The notes under the pieces: model-generated
Databases searched by the model: none
Seen by the model: the letters and a program-made list of their open reading frames with translations, nothing else
Told to the model about the DNA's origin: nothing
Part shown: piece by piece, positions 40,717 to 52,500 of the stretch
How the letters are laid out: each line of letters starts with the position of its first letter
Position numbering within the stretch: position 1 is the stretch's first letter
Position numbers and translations under genes: made by a program
DNA from: an uncultured Acidobacteriaceae bacterium
GTDB taxonomy: Bacteria > Acidobacteriota > Terriglobia > Terriglobales > Acidobacteriaceae
Reading direction: 5' to 3'
Length of the DNA stretch: 64,000 bases
Assembly: GCA_963760855.1 (NCBI GenBank)
Contig: CAVXFD010000015.1
Coordinates: 102,852 to 166,851, forward strand

Positions 40717-42441
40717 CTATTTCCCGTCGGTGAAGACAACTTTCCCGCCCGCCATTGTGATTTCCACTCTCGTCTTCCCAATTTCTTCGGGCTTAATCGA
40801 AAAAATGTCCTGAGAGAGCACCGCGAGATCAGCTTCTTTCCCCACTTCAAGCGTTCCAATCTGGCCGTCGGAGAATCTGGCGTAGGCTGAACCTTGGGTG
40901 TACGCGTTCACGGCTTGTTCTACGGTGATCCGTTCCTCGGGAACATACGCGCCTTTGGTTAGGACTGCTCCGGCTTGGCCTGCGCCGTCAAAGGCCCCGC
41001 CAGGAAAGTCCTTGGCGCCATTGGCCGGACGCCAAATCTGGCGGGTAACGGCTTCCTGGATCGCCACCAGCGGGTTGGGGGGCCAAGTACAAGGCCAATC
41101 GCTGCCGAAGGCTAACGTGACTCCACTTTTTTCCATACTCTGCCAGCGGTCGGTTGTGGCTCGCTCGTGCGGGTCGTAGTTCGCGCCATTCTCGTCACAG
41201 CAGAAGGTGGGCTGCATGCTTGCAATCAGAGAGAGTTTCGCCATCCGCGGGATATCTTGCGCCGCAACAAAGTCGGCGTGCTCGACGCGAAGGCGCCGGT
41301 CGCGCGGCCCGTTGATCTTCTCAACTTCTTCGTAGGTATCAACCACCATGCGAGAAGTGTCGGGGCGGTAGGTATGGGTCATGATCTGGTAGCCGCGCTT
41401 GTCCAATTCGAGAACCAGCTTTTTGTATTCGTCTGGTTGGTACATCAGAGGCGGGATCAGGCCGCTCCCGCCGTCGGCAAAAAACTTCACCAGATTCGCT
41501 GAAACCCAATCGTCGTGGTAGAGCGTACGGGCCTTATCGAGGTCGGCAAGAAATTCCGGTGTCAAGTGGTGGATCGCCCCGATTGCGCCAAAGGCAGTGC
41601 GGGTACGGACAGTAAGTTGGCCACGGTCGCGCAATGCGGCATAGAGCCGAATCTCGGCCAGATCTCCGCTGGCGTTGTTGATGCTGGTGATGCCGAAACT
41701 GTTGAGATGGTGCAATGCCTCCCGCAGGAACGCGAGCTTCTCATCCAGCGAAAACTGGCTGGCGAGGGCGCGCTCCATGATCTCCATCGCAGCCTCCATC
41801 AGAACCCCGGTGGGATGGCCGCTGGCGTCACGCACGACGTACTTCTCCTCCGCCGGATCGGGCACTGGGTGGTCGGTGACCCCTGCGAGCGCGATGGCGC
41901 GGGCGTTCAACCACAGCGCATGTTCGGCCGTGTTGTGGACGACCACGGGACGGTCGACAACCGCTCGGTCGAGCAACTCATGCGTGGGGATCGAGGGTGG
42001 CTCTGTGCTGAAGTCGGCACGAACGAATATGACTTTGTCGTTGGGATGGCTGGCAGCGAAAGCGTTGAGCCGGCTGACCAGGCCCTCGGGATCGTCTTCC
42101 GGCGTGATGCTCGCTTCGGGAGTGGAAAGATTGAGGCCGTGAAGCTCCTGCGCGCCGAACCACATGTGCATGTGGTCGTCAGAGAATCCGGGGACCACAG
42201 TTCGTCCCTGCAGATCTATGACTTCGGTCTTGGCGGACTTTCGGCTCAGGATTTCCTGGTCGGTGCCGACCGCATCGATGCGAGTGCCGGTGATGGCCAG
42301 CGCCTGCGCCCACCGAGCTTTTGGATTGCCGGTGTAGATGTGGCCGTGAATCAGGATCGTGTCGCTGGCAAGCAGTGAGGAACCTGAGAAGAAGATTGCG
42401 ACCGTGAGGCAGAAGGTGACGCGATGCCAACATCCGAGCAT
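40717..42441 (-). CDS. amidohydrolase-family (Amidohydro_3) metal-dependent hydrolase, secreted
   Basis: The preferred start ATG 42441 gives a signal peptide MLGCWHRVTFCLTVAIFFSGSSLLA. ILIHGHIYTG, GFSDDHMHMW and AFGSDWP metal-ligand motifs are present. Confidence 0.8.
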   Translation of the reverse strand: MLGCWHRVTFCLTVAIFFSGSSLLASDTILIHGHIYTGNPKARWAQALAITGTRIDAVGTDQEILSRKSAKTEVIDLQGRTVVPGFSDDHMHMWFGAQELHGLNLSTPEASITPEDDPEGLVSRLNAFAASHPNDKVIFVRADFSTEPPSIPTHELLDRAVVDRPVVVHNTAEHALWLNARAIALAGVTDHPVPDPAEEKYVVRDASGHPTGVLMEAAMEIMERALASQFSLDEKLAFLREALHHLNSFGITSINNASGDLAEIRLYAALRDRGQLTVRTRTAFGAIGAIHHLTPEFLADLDKARTLYHDDWVSANLVKFFADGGSGLIPPLMYQPDEYKKLVLELDKRGYQIMTHTYRPDTSRMVVDTYEEVEKINGPRDRRLRVEHADFVAAQDIPRMAKLSLIASMQPTFCCDENGANYDPHERATTDRWQSMEKSGVTLAFGSDWPCTWPPNPLVAIQEAVTRQIWRPANGAKDFPGGAFDGAGQAGAVLTKGAYVPEERITVEQAVNAYTQGSAYARFSDGQIGTLEVGKEADLAVLSQDIFSIKPEEIGKTRVEITMAGGKVVFTDGK

Positions 42442-42521
42442 GATTGCTCTCCCGAATCGGAAGGCCGGCCATTGACTGCGCCGAACCGCGAGTTGAGGCC
42501 TCCTAATGTAAGGTGCCAAGT

Positions 42522-44006
42522 TTACTCCACCACCCACTCCCTGACTCTCCGCATGACCGACTCCGGCGCTTCCGCTTCCAACTCGACGGCGCCGTCTTTG
42601 TACGTTCGCGAATAAATTCGCGCTTTGGCCTCGAGCAGGGCAAGCGTTTTACCTTCTTTCTGCGGGATGCGCAGATGGATGCGGCGGACACGATCTTCGT
42701 CGATCATGGCATCGATGCGGGCCAGCAAAGTATCTAATCCAATGCCTTCCGCCGCGGAGACATAGACCGTATCTGCTTTGTCGCGGCGCGAGTCATTCAC
42801 CAAACTTTCGGCGACTTCCACATCGAGCAGATCGACTTTGTTCATCACGCGCAGGCGCGGTTTCTTTTCCGCTTCCAGCTCCTTCAGAACAATCTCCACT
42901 TGCGCGTCCTGCTCGGCGGAGAGGCGACTGCTGGCGTCAGAGACATGAAGAATCAGAGAGGCCCGCTGCACTTCTTCGAGCGTGGCGCGAAATGCAGAGA
43001 CCAGCGTGTGCGGAAGGCTGCGAATGAATCCGACTGTGTCGGACAGAAGAACTTTGCGCTTCGAGGGCAGAACGACCGCGCGAATGGTAGGGTCAAGCGT
43101 GGCAAACATGCGCGGCGAGGCGAGGACGGCAGCCTGCGTCAGCGCATTGAACAGCGTCGACTTTCCGGCGTTCGTGTAACCTACCAGTGCTACGGTCGCC
43201 ACTGGTGCGGATTCGCGACGCTGCCGCTGCTGGGCGCGGATGCGGCGCACATTTTCCAGTTGCTGCTCCACATGGCGGATGCGCCGGTAGATTTTCCGGC
43301 GATCGGTTTCGAGTTGGGTTTCACCGGGACCGCGGGTGCCGATGCCGCCGCCGAGTTGCGACATCTCAATGCCGCGTCCAGCGAGCCTCGGCAACATGTA
43401 CTGCAGTTGAGCCAGTTCCACTTGCAACTGGCCTTCCCGGGTCCGGGCATGGCGTGCAAAAATGTCGAGGATCAGCTGGGTGCGGTCGATTACACGCCGC
43501 TTCACAATCCTTTCAATATTCCGCTGTTGCGATGCGGTGAGATCATGATCGAAGAGCAGCAGGTCGGCATTGACTGAAGCCGCCGCGCCTGCGATCTCCT
43601 CCAGTTTGCCCGCGCCGATCAAGGTCGCGGGATCAGGCCGATCGCGCCGCTGCAGAATCGCACCAACAACGTTAGCGCCTGCGCTGCCCGCCAGAGTGCG
43701 CAGCTCGGCGAGGGATTCGTCCGCATCAAATTCTGGAATGCTTGGTTTACTGGTGCTGGTTTTTCCCGAGGCGTGGGCTGGAGTGCCGCTGTTGCCATTC
43801 GCGGCGGGCGGAACGGTGGCAGCATCGCGCGCAGCCTGCGCCTGTGCGGTAACCTTGGTTCCGCTGCGTCCGCGCGTGCGTACGTCGAGGCCAACTAGGA
43901 AGGCACGTTCTTGCGCATCCTCCTGAGGCGCTGGCTGCGAGGCGAGAGGGACACCTCCGCGAGCGTGCGCACTATCCCGAGTCTTCTTGGGGTGAGACTT
44001 GCGCAA
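42522..44006 (-). CDS. hflX: GTPase HflX
   Basis: 494 aa. HflX N-domain (DEAHDL-like [11 protein letters not shown]..., [11 protein letters not shown]) and G domain ([21 protein letters not shown]). There is a low-complexity N-terminal extension. It directly follows hfq. Confidence 0.92.
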   Translation of the reverse strand: MRKSHPKKTRDSAHARGGVPLASQPAPQEDAQERAFLVGLDVRTRGRSGTKVTAQAQAARDAATVPPAANGNSGTPAHASGKTSTSKPSIPEFDADESLAELRTLAGSAGANVVGAILQRRDRPDPATLIGAGKLEEIAGAAASVNADLLLFDHDLTASQQRNIERIVKRRVIDRTQLILDIFARHARTREGQLQVELAQLQYMLPRLAGRGIEMSQLGGGIGTRGPGETQLETDRRKIYRRIRHVEQQLENVRRIRAQQRQRRESAPVATVALVGYTNAGKSTLFNALTQAAVLASPRMFATLDPTIRAVVLPSKRKVLLSDTVGFIRSLPHTLVSAFRATLEEVQRASLILHVSDASSRLSAEQDAQVEIVLKELEAEKKPRLRVMNKVDLLDVEVAESLVNDSRRDKADTVYVSAAEGIGLDTLLARIDAMIDEDRVRRIHLRIPQKEGKTLALLEAKARIYSRTYKDGAVELEAEAPESVMRRVREWVVE

Positions 44007-44018
44007 GCCGGCGACGCC

Positions 44019-44354
44019 TTACCCTTCGCTGCCGGAGGCGCTCGCCGCGACGGCCGTTGTCGCCGCCGATGACGAAGCCGTCCCGGTTCCAGCGGCCACA
44101 GCCTTCCCATCGGAATGCGCCGCGTGCGCGCCATGCGGTAATGCACGGCCCATCACGACGGTCGAGATGGCGTGCTTGAAGATCAATTGCTCCTGGCCGT
44201 TGGCTTCCAGCACCACGGAATACTTGTCGAAGGAGCGAATGCGGCCCGTAAGCTTGACTCCGCTCAGCAGATAAATCGTGATGCTCAGTCTCTCTTTGCG
44301 GGCTGTATTAAGAAAGGAATCCTGGATATTCTGCGCCGGCTTGCTGTTTTCCAT
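44019..44354 (-). CDS. hfq: RNA chaperone Hfq
   Basis: [40 protein letters not shown]...[10 protein letters not shown] gives the Sm1/Sm2 motifs. The C-terminal tail is Ala/Ser/Gly-rich. Confidence 0.95.
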   Translation of the reverse strand: MENSKPAQNIQDSFLNTARKERLSITIYLLSGVKLTGRIRSFDKYSVVLEANGQEQLIFKHAISTVVMGRALPHGAHAAHSDGKAVAAGTGTASSSAATTAVAASASGSEG

Positions 44355-44671
44355 AGCCGATCTCCTTAGATTCTTTTGAACTGCGACCTATCCATTGCTC
44401 CTTGGGCATTTGCCTCGGGAGCAGCTCAAAACAACAGCGTTCCCTCGCGGCCGTCCGCATAGGAATACGGGGGGACAAACTGCCTTAGCGCCAACCTGGT
44501 TCCCCATGTTAGCTGGCAGGTAACTGCGAGTACGATACGGCGTCTTCTCGCGGTTTTCAACCCCGAACTTCGGGGAGGCTCTTCCATTGTTTCAGTAACG
44601 CGACTACCCGATTGTGTACAATCGCCCGCGTGGGCCGATCGTGACCCCGAATCTCAGGAGGCAGACTCATT

Positions 44672-45442
44672 ATGGCCGGCGCCGCTCTCACTTTGCTTGG
44701 ACCGCAAATCAATTTCCCCTCCGACGTCAAGACCAACATCGAGATGCTTCTGCGCTGGATTCACTTTCTGGCCGGGATCACCTGGATCGGACTGCTCTAT
44801 TTCTTCAATTTCGTGAATGTGCCGTTCATGAAAGAGCTCGACGCGACCACTAAGGGAAAAGTGATGCCCGCTCTCATGACCCGGGCCCTATTGTGGTTCC
44901 GGATGTCCGCGGCGCTTACTGTTCTGGCTGGAATCAGCTACTGGGAAATCATTGTGGCTTCGGACGTCCACAACGGGCAGATCCTGGGATTGAATCCCTC
45001 TCATGGCGCAGTGATGGGTAGCTTTTTTCTGATCTGGACGATCGTGTGGGGCGTGCTCTACGCGTGCCTCATCCCCGGGAAAGGAATCTTCGACAATGGC
45101 GCGTTCATTGGCCTGGTTTATGCGGTCGTCGTTGCGATTGCGGCGTGGCTGTTCTTGAGTTTGAACAGTCACGGCTGGGAGAGCAATCGACTGCTTTCCA
45201 TTGGGATCGGCGGCGGCATTGGCTGGGTGATGCTGCTGAATGTTTGGGGAGTGATCTGGCGCATTCAGAAACGGCTCATTCAATGGACGCGTGACAACGC
45301 TACAAACGGCACTCCCATGCCGGACAAAGCCAAGGCTATGGCCCGGCAGGCCTTCCTGTGCTCGCGAGCGAATGCTTTTCTGTCGGTGGTGATGCTGTTT
45401 TTCATGGGCGCGGCCAGCCATTATCCGATGTTCGGGAAATAG
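44672..45442 (+). CDS. polytopic membrane protein, resembles the membrane domain of urate hydroxylase PuuD (function uncertain)
   Basis: 256 aa. The motif WIHFLAGITWIGLLYFFNFVNVPF is remembered from PuuD-type proteins. There is no cytochrome c domain here. Confidence 0.5.
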   Translation: MAGAALTLLGPQINFPSDVKTNIEMLLRWIHFLAGITWIGLLYFFNFVNVPFMKELDATTKGKVMPALMTRALLWFRMSAALTVLAGISYWEIIVASDVHNGQILGLNPSHGAVMGSFFLIWTIVWGVLYACLIPGKGIFDNGAFIGLVYAVVVAIAAWLFLSLNSHGWESNRLLSIGIGGGIGWVMLLNVWGVIWRIQKRLIQWTRDNATNGTPMPDKAKAMARQAFLCSRANAFLSVVMLFFMGAASHYPMFGK

Positions 45443-45458
45443 GTTGCAATAAACGAAC

Positions 45459-45482
45459 GGCCTGCGGTAATCGCCGCAGGCC
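45459..45482. terminator. bidirectional hairpin between convergent genes
   Basis: GGCCTGCGG-TAATCG-CCGCAGGCC, a 9-bp perfect stem with A/T-rich flanks on both sides. It lies between the stop at 45442 (+) and the stop at 45506 (-). Confidence 0.55.
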
Positions 45483-45505
45483 ATTGAGATTGACGAGCAC
45501 AGTGC

Positions 45506-48500
45506 TTAGAAGAGGATCCTCATCGCCACCTGCACCTGGCGAGCAGAAGTGGTTCCGTCCGGCTGCTGGTACGTGCTTGTAATTACGCCAAACTCAGACT
45601 GCCCAATCAAGTTGCCTATGTTTGCCGCGTCCGTCCCGGGATTTTGAAAATGTGGGTGGTTGAGGATGTTGTAGCCCTCGAAACGCAGTTCAGCTTTTAC
45701 TCGCTCGCTTATGCTCATCCTCTTGGCAAGGGTTACATCCCAGTCCCAGAAGCCCGGCCCATACCACTGATTGCGCTCGTTGTTGGAAGCGGAGCCCCAA
45801 GGCGGGTTTGTGAAAGCGCACTCGTTGCTGATGTAGGCATAGCCAGATCCTGGCGCCGGAGTAAGCGGACAGCCGGCCCCTGACCCAAATGGATTTCCTA
45901 CTTGATAGCCCCAAGCGGCGACTCCCGTTCTCTGCGTGTCCAGGGTTCCACGGACCTGGAACGGATGGCCAGTCTGGGCGGTAAAGATGCCATCGAATTC
46001 AAAGCCCTCCATAATCCTTCCCACAGCACCATGGTTCAGATAGTTTTTGCCGCGGCCAATGGGCAGTTCGTAAATGTAGTTGAACACTGCGACGTGCCGC
46101 GTGTCGTTGTCGGAATTGCCGTAGTTTTCTGAGAGCGCCAAGGAGTTTCGGGGGAACGTGTGTGCTCCTTGCGCGGGCGTCAGCGGGTCTACGGCATTAT
46201 CCAGCGCATGCGACCAGGTATACGCTGCCTGAAATTGCAAGCCGTGGCTCATTCTGTGCACGAACTTCGACTGCAGCCCGTGGTAGATGGAGTTGAATTC
46301 GTTGATTTGGTAATCGGGTTGATAGAGTGCGTTATTGTTCACTGCGTTGAAGGGTAAATCACCAAGTTGCAATCCTTCGTACAAGTCTGTGCTACTGACG
46401 GTAGACGAGGAGCATTGTCCGAGCGGATTCGAGGGAGAGATGAGCCCTGAGAACCCCTGATTGTTTGGATTGCCAGGCACGCAAAACGCCACCAACTGCG
46501 CAACCAAGTTAGGATCAGGGGGATTTCCATCCCGCTGCCCCCAGACGTGCACGCCCATTGCGCCTACGTAAGCAATATCCAGGACGTTGTTGCCTGGTAA
46601 CTGGCGCTGAACATCGAGGTTCCAATTGTTGCTGGCTGCGTTGGGAAAATGAGTGTCGAAAACTACAATGCTGGGCGTGGCGCTACCATCCGCGATGGAG
46701 GCGGAAACCGGCTGGGTCGGGAGCTGTCCAGGAAACTCGGGTGTGGTGAATCCTGGAGGTGTTATGCCGAAGAAACCATTGAGAGTGTCGAAGGTGAAAT
46801 TGGAAAATGTGGTCTGAAACGGTGGATCGGCGCGGACGTTACCAAACACGTTTCCGAAAGTGCGGTCGTGGAAAATTCCAAAACCGCCGCGAACCGCAGT
46901 CTTGCCGTCTTTCCATGGATCCCAACTAAATCCGAATCGGGGTTCGATGTCTTTGTAGTCGGGGTTGTAGAGTTGATGTCCCGAGCCCGGGCCTACGATG
47001 CTGAACGTCAGTGGCTGACCTGCGGCAAAGGTACCTGGATCCTGCAACAGGTTGGAAAGGTTTCCGCTGGTCTCATAGGGAACACCATTGAGTTGGTAAC
47101 GCAGTCCCAAGTTCAGGGTGAAGTTGGAGCGAATCTTCCAGGTGTCCTGACCGTACCAGTCAAACTCATGCTGTTTGAAGAATTTGTTATCCGAGGGCTG
47201 GCGCACAGCTGCCTTGTTGAAAAACTGGGACTGAGAATCTTGAATCACGAAGCCCCAATAGGAATTCGCACCATCCACCAAGCCCCGGTCGTCGGCGATG
47301 TTCAATGGATGTCCCTGCGGGTCCACTTCATTCACATCCCCGGGATTGAAGCCACTGAAATATGTCTCAGGGTCGAGAACGATCTGACGTCGTGAGGTGA
47401 AATCATCAAAGCCACTCTCGCCAACATCACGAAAATCGAACCCGAACTTGAATGTATGGCTTCCATGTACCCAGCTAAGGTTCTCGCTATAGCTGATAGT
47501 TCCCGTCTTTCTCGCCTGAGCATCGGCCCCTCCCAAGGTGCTGGCGAAACTGCTGAAGGGAAACATGTTGTAATCCCAGCCATTTCCGATGCTATCTACT
47601 CCTGCCGGTGCGTCCAAAATGTTTGTCGTGTTTTTTGTCAGATAAAATGTGGCGTAGATGTGGTTCCAGCCGAATTGAAAGTTATTGACCAAGTTATTGC
47701 TGAGGGTCGAAGTGAGCTGCGCCAGCAAGCCCTCACTGATGGATTTTTCCTCATACGCTCCGAATCCGGGAAGAATATCGGAGAAGCCCGGATTGGGATC
47801 AAAAAAGTGGTTGTATCCGTAACGCAAAGTCAGCGATTCGCGATCGGTAAAGTGGTGGTCGAGCTTGACGATTGGAGCATACGTACTCTGCTTCGAGGTG
47901 GTTGGAAAGAATATGTTGCCCGCGATTCCGTCGGCCGACGAGGACGCGGGGGCAATAGGATAATTTGCAAACACTTTCTGCATTGTGGGGTCTGCGGGCG
48001 CGCCGTTACCGGGCGTAGTGCCGGTGAAGTTGTTGATTCCGGTGGAAGTAAGGTCGATAGGAACGGTGTGCTGTGCACCTGAGGTGTCGAGATAGGTGTA
48101 ATTAAACTGCCCGGTCAGAAATGCCTGCGTGGGAACCGTAGCTTCGTCGGTCAAAGTGGTGTGGAACCGGTCCATTTCATCGTTGAAGAAGAAGAAGGTC
48201 TTATTCTTGATGATGGGGCCACCGACGGAGAACCCGAACTGATGGCGAATGTAGGGATTCATCGGCCCGCCATTTATGCCTTCGGCGGGATTAAACCAGT
48301 CGCGCGCGCCGCCAAAACCATTCCAGCGCCCGAAGTAATAAGCGTCCCCATGGAAGGAATTGGTGCCGCTTTTTGTGACTACGTCGATGATGGCGCCTGT
48401 ATTGCGACCATATTCGGCGTTGAAGTTGTCGGTGATGACTCGGAACTCTTCGGTAGAATCGGGATTGGCGGTCAGCACTCCGCCGATTTGGCCCGGGACG

Positions 48501-49090
48501 GAGGTGTCGTTGTTGTCCACGCCGTCCAGCAGGAAATTGTTATTCCTGTCGCGCGCGCCATTAACAGTAATGCCACCGCTGGAACTATCGGTCTGCGATG
48601 TGCCGGGTGACAGCAATACCAATTGATAAGGATTGCGCGTGATCAGCGGCAACGCCGCCATCTCTCTTTGATCGACAAGGTTGGAGATCTGGGAAGTCTC
48701 CAAGTCAATATCCTGAGCCTGGTCTGCCCGCACCGTCACTTCCTCAGTAGCGGCACCTGTGAGGAGCTGTGGGTCCACCGTGAGCGCTTGGGCCACCGTC
48801 AACTCAATGCTGGGCAGATGATAGACCTTGAACCCTTCCTTCTTCACCGTGATTTCATAAGAGCCAACCGGAAGATTGGTCAAGCTATAGGTGCCGGTTG
48901 CACCGCTGGTGGTTTCGTGCGTTTCATTCGTCGCCGTATTCCGAACGGTAACCTCGGCTCCCTGCACCACGGCCCAGCTCGCGTCCGTAACGGTCCCGGC
49001 GATCGTTCCGGTTTGGGCAAACGAAGCCATGGCCGAAAACAGAGCAAAGACAAAGAGAGCAAATCTCAGAAGACTTGCGGATCCTCGCAT
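45506..49090 (-). CDS. CarboxypepD_reg-domain TonB-dependent-receptor-like outer membrane protein (copy 2)
   Basis: ATG 49090 gives signal peptide MRGSASLLRFALFVFALFSAMASFAQ. GTVTDASWAVVQGAEVTV N-domain, same overall architecture as copy 1, C-terminal ...MRILF. Confidence 0.85.
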   Translation of the reverse strand: MRGSASLLRFALFVFALFSAMASFAQTGTIAGTVTDASWAVVQGAEVTVRNTATNETHETTSGATGTYSLTNLPVGSYEITVKKEGFKVYHLPSIELTVAQALTVDPQLLTGAATEEVTVRADQAQDIDLETSQISNLVDQREMAALPLITRNPYQLVLLSPGTSQTDSSSGGITVNGARDRNNNFLLDGVDNNDTSVPGQIGGVLTANPDSTEEFRVITDNFNAEYGRNTGAIIDVVTKSGTNSFHGDAYYFGRWNGFGGARDWFNPAEGINGGPMNPYIRHQFGFSVGGPIIKNKTFFFFNDEMDRFHTTLTDEATVPTQAFLTGQFNYTYLDTSGAQHTVPIDLTSTGINNFTGTTPGNGAPADPTMQKVFANYPIAPASSSADGIAGNIFFPTTSKQSTYAPIVKLDHHFTDRESLTLRYGYNHFFDPNPGFSDILPGFGAYEEKSISEGLLAQLTSTLSNNLVNNFQFGWNHIYATFYLTKNTTNILDAPAGVDSIGNGWDYNMFPFSSFASTLGGADAQARKTGTISYSENLSWVHGSHTFKFGFDFRDVGESGFDDFTSRRQIVLDPETYFSGFNPGDVNEVDPQGHPLNIADDRGLVDGANSYWGFVIQDSQSQFFNKAAVRQPSDNKFFKQHEFDWYGQDTWKIRSNFTLNLGLRYQLNGVPYETSGNLSNLLQDPGTFAAGQPLTFSIVGPGSGHQLYNPDYKDIEPRFGFSWDPWKDGKTAVRGGFGIFHDRTFGNVFGNVRADPPFQTTFSNFTFDTLNGFFGITPPGFTTPEFPGQLPTQPVSASIADGSATPSIVVFDTHFPNAASNNWNLDVQRQLPGNNVLDIAYVGAMGVHVWGQRDGNPPDPNLVAQLVAFCVPGNPNNQGFSGLISPSNPLGQCSSSTVSSTDLYEGLQLGDLPFNAVNNNALYQPDYQINEFNSIYHGLQSKFVHRMSHGLQFQAAYTWSHALDNAVDPLTPAQGAHTFPRNSLALSENYGNSDNDTRHVAVFNYIYELPIGRGKNYLNHGAVGRIMEGFEFDGIFTAQTGHPFQVRGTLDTQRTGVAAWGYQVGNPFGSGAGCPLTPAPGSGYAYISNECAFTNPPWGSASNNERNQWYGPGFWDWDVTLAKRMSISERVKAELRFEGYNILNHPHFQNPGTDAANIGNLIGQSEFGVITSTYQQPDGTTSARQVQVAMRILF

Positions 49091-49471
49091 GGCTATTGCG
49101 CGCTTGAGACGCGAAAGAAGGTCTTGGGTGAGAACTGGATGAAAGGCAGATTCCATTGAACTGTCTCCTAAAAGTAGCTGGGGCCCCGGAAACAGGTCGC
49201 TGCAGCTTTTATGTCCTATTGGCAGTGCTATGCCAGTACAAATGACAGGTGAACAGGGTTGTGTGCTTAGCGGGAGAGTGAAGCAGCTGTGCTTCCAAAG
49301 TGGGTGGGGGGAAGTTACTTTCGATTATGCAGATAATAATAGAGTTACGATGGACTACAAGAAATAGACATAGATTTGCGGATGCTTTCTATGAGAATTG
49401 GAATCAATCTAAGTCTCAAATTGAGTCGGCATCCCTACAGCTGGCAAGCGCGGGCCTTTATACGGTTGAAG

Positions 49472-49501
49472 TAAAACGGGGAGCCGTTTTCGGCTCCCCG
49501 T
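49472..49501 (-). terminator. rho-independent terminator of the 49524..53219 gene
   Basis: ACGGGGAGCCG-TTTT-CGGCTCCCCGT, an 11-bp perfect stem. On the minus strand it is followed by TTTTAC. It lies 23 nt after the stop codon. Confidence 0.75.
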
Positions 49502-49523
49502 CAGCAATTCTTCTCCTGTCGAC

Positions 49524-52500
49524 TTAAAACGAGACCCGCAAGGAGAACTGCCCGAACCGCCGCTCGTCGTTGTTGCCGCCTTCGGCGAGGCTATTCAGAC
49601 CGCCCTTGAGCCCTTGGACAACCAGGGGTGTCGTGGTCGGCCCGGTGTAACCGATGAGGAAGGTGTTTACGTACATGTTGTGGTGGTTAAAAATGTTGAA
49701 GCCTTCAGCGCGGAAGGTTAGTCCCACCCGCTCGGTGACTCTGAAATCCTTACTCACTGCCGTATCGAAGTTCCAGGCTCCGGGTCCCCGAAATGCGTTC
49801 CGGTGGACCATGCCAGCTGGAAATGGTCCGAAGTCGGAAATTCCCAAGGTCGGGTTATCAGGCGCGAAACTGGCCGGGAGAGGCAGAGTCAGCAGGTTGA
49901 ACAAGTTCGGACCGGCAGCAGTGGGATTTGAGCTGACGTGGTAGGTAGGAGGCGTAGCCGGCGTCAGCCGGGGAAAGGTGTAAAAGTTGTAGTCGTTGTC
50001 AAGATCGTAAGCATTAAAGGGAATGCCCGTGCGCGCGGTAAAGATACCCACCAGTGCCCATCCTCCAGCTGTCTTGCCGAGGGCACCATGCTGGCTCTTG
50101 AGCCACGGTAACTCCCAGATGGGCGAGACAACGAACCGGTTTCGGACATCGTAATCCGAGTTGCCCCAATCCAGCTTCGGGTCGGAATAGAGAGTGTATC
50201 CAAGGCTTCCGTACCCGTTCCCGGATCCGCCCTGTAAGCTATCGGAGAAGGCTGAACTAATATCATCCAGGGAGTGGGCCCAGGTGTAGTTCGCCACCAA
50301 ACTCACACCCGTCTGGTGCAGGTTCTGCATCTGGAGCTTCGCATTCAGAGCATTGTAGCTGCTCGTGCCACCGCTACCGCGCTGGTTGATGGCACTGTAT
50401 TGAAAGTTTGCCCGAGTGAGACAAACCCCAGTGGGGCTTACGTAGGAGGGATTACACGTCGTGCTTCCGGGGTTCACGTCCGTGGCAGCGACCGCCGGGT
50501 CGCCCAGATAAACCTGGCCAGACCCGGGGAGATTGATATTGTTGAGGTCATAGAGGTGAACCCCATGAGCGCCGCTATAACCTATTTCTAACACCGTGTT
50601 CGGAACCACTTGGCGCTGCAGGGATACGCTCCAGAACTGGGTCTGCGCCACGTGGATGTTGTTCTTGTTGTCACGGAGCTCGGTGGGTGGAAGGTTGCTT
50701 GAGGGACCGGGTAGGCCCAGCGGGCCGAGGTCGTTATTGGTCACGTAAGCAGAGTTGCAGGTTGCGCTACGAGCCGGGCAACTGGTAGACAACACGGCGC
50801 TAGCCGGTGGATTGAAGCTGGCATTGTAGGTCACATTCCCAAAGTTGCGTTCATAGCTGATTCCAAAACCACCTCGCAGGCTGCTCTTACCATCGCCGAA
50901 AAGATCATAGGCGAAACCTACGCGCGGCGCTGCGGTGCCCCAGCTTGGCGCCCAGAACTGGCCAACCGAGCTTTTATCTGCAATCTCGACTTGACCCGTC
51001 CGAACCTGGTTAAAGAAATTAGTACCGGAGCCGAGATAGAAGTTGGAATCCAAGCTTGAAACGTTGTTATGTTGCACGCCGTAATGTTCGTAGCGCATAC
51101 CATAGTTCAGCGTCAGGCGTGGACTAAACCTAAAGCTATCCTGGGCATAAAGGGCCCAGTCGTTGTAGCGGTAGCTTCGCCCGTAGCTAGCCGAGGTCAG
51201 CGGCGGAGAAACGAGGCTGTTTGCCGGACATGGGCTGACCGAGTTGCCGTTGACATCGACTGGGCAGGGGAGCGCACCATTCGGATTGACTCGGGCAGAG
51301 AAGCCGCTGCTACCGCTAAGTATGCTTCCGAGCGGGTTGCCTCCGGGAATAACAGCGTTTGTTATAGGATTGACCGTGTAATTAACCAAGTCGTCCATGC
51401 TGTCCTGTTGGGAGCCGCCAAGCTGTTCCACTGCCTGCGCATAAGCCCCATAGCCGTAGTTCAGCTGGATGTAGGTATACTGACCTCCAAACCGCACGTC
51501 GTGCTTGCCCTTGGTCCATGACATGTCATGTTCGAATTGAATCGTATTTTGCGGTCCGCCGGCTGGCAACCCTCCCGCTCCCGGTGAATTATTGTTCTCC
51601 AATCCGGGCGTCGAAATGGCAGCGCCGGTCAAGGGGTCACTCCCCGGGTAGAACATCAGGTTTGGGACGCTCTGATACGCCGTGTTGTATGAAGTTCCGT
51701 CATTGTAGCGCGCAAAGCTGAGCTTGGTGTTGTTGAAAAGGTTGTTGGTAAAGGCGTGGTTCACCGAGAACAGATAAATCATGTTCTGGTCGAGCGTGCC
51801 ACTATTATATTGGGAATACGCGTTGTAGTCATTCGTACCCTGAAAGGCGTCGATCCTCTCCCTGCCGATGCGGAAGAACATCTGAGTTTTGTCGCTCAGG
51901 TTGTAGTCGAGACGGCCCACAAGGCTCCACGAGTTCTGCGGTGGGCCGCCGCCAGCATTGTACGGTACATTAAAGGTGACGGGATCGAAAATTGGCTGCG
52001 TCGCGGCAACCGGCGTGGTTCCGTTTATCGGATTGACGATCAGTGGGTTTGCCGTATTCGCCGCCAACGCCCCCGCAGTGATCGGTGCGCCGTTGGGAGT
52101 CAAGGAAGTACTCCCGAAGGCGCCGAAGTAGGCCTTAGCGTTTGCGGGTAACATAGCGATGAATGAGGGGTCGAGTATCTCGGCATGCTGGACGGAGTTA
52201 CTTCGAACACGCGTAAACTCCGTGCTTTCAAAAACGAACAACTTGTTCTTGATGATCGGTCCGCCCGCCTGGAAGCCGAACTGGTTGCGCGTGTAACCGC
52301 CTTTAGGATCAGGAAGCGGCCCGGTGCCTCCCCCAGCAAGAAAAGGTTGTTGGGCATCGTTATTGTACGTATTCGCCGTGTAGGCCGCGAGGCGGTTAAA
52401 TTCCCACACGGAACCGTGGAAAGCATTGGTGCCTGATTTCGTGGTCACATTCACCACGCCACCGGAGGCGCGACCGTATTCGGCCGAGAAGTTATTGGTA

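Noticed and set aside
49300-49527. 75-aa plus-strand ORF in the AT-rich region
   Set aside because: It runs through the strong minus-strand terminator hairpin (49472-49501). It has no RBS, and its composition simply reflects the AT-rich spacer.
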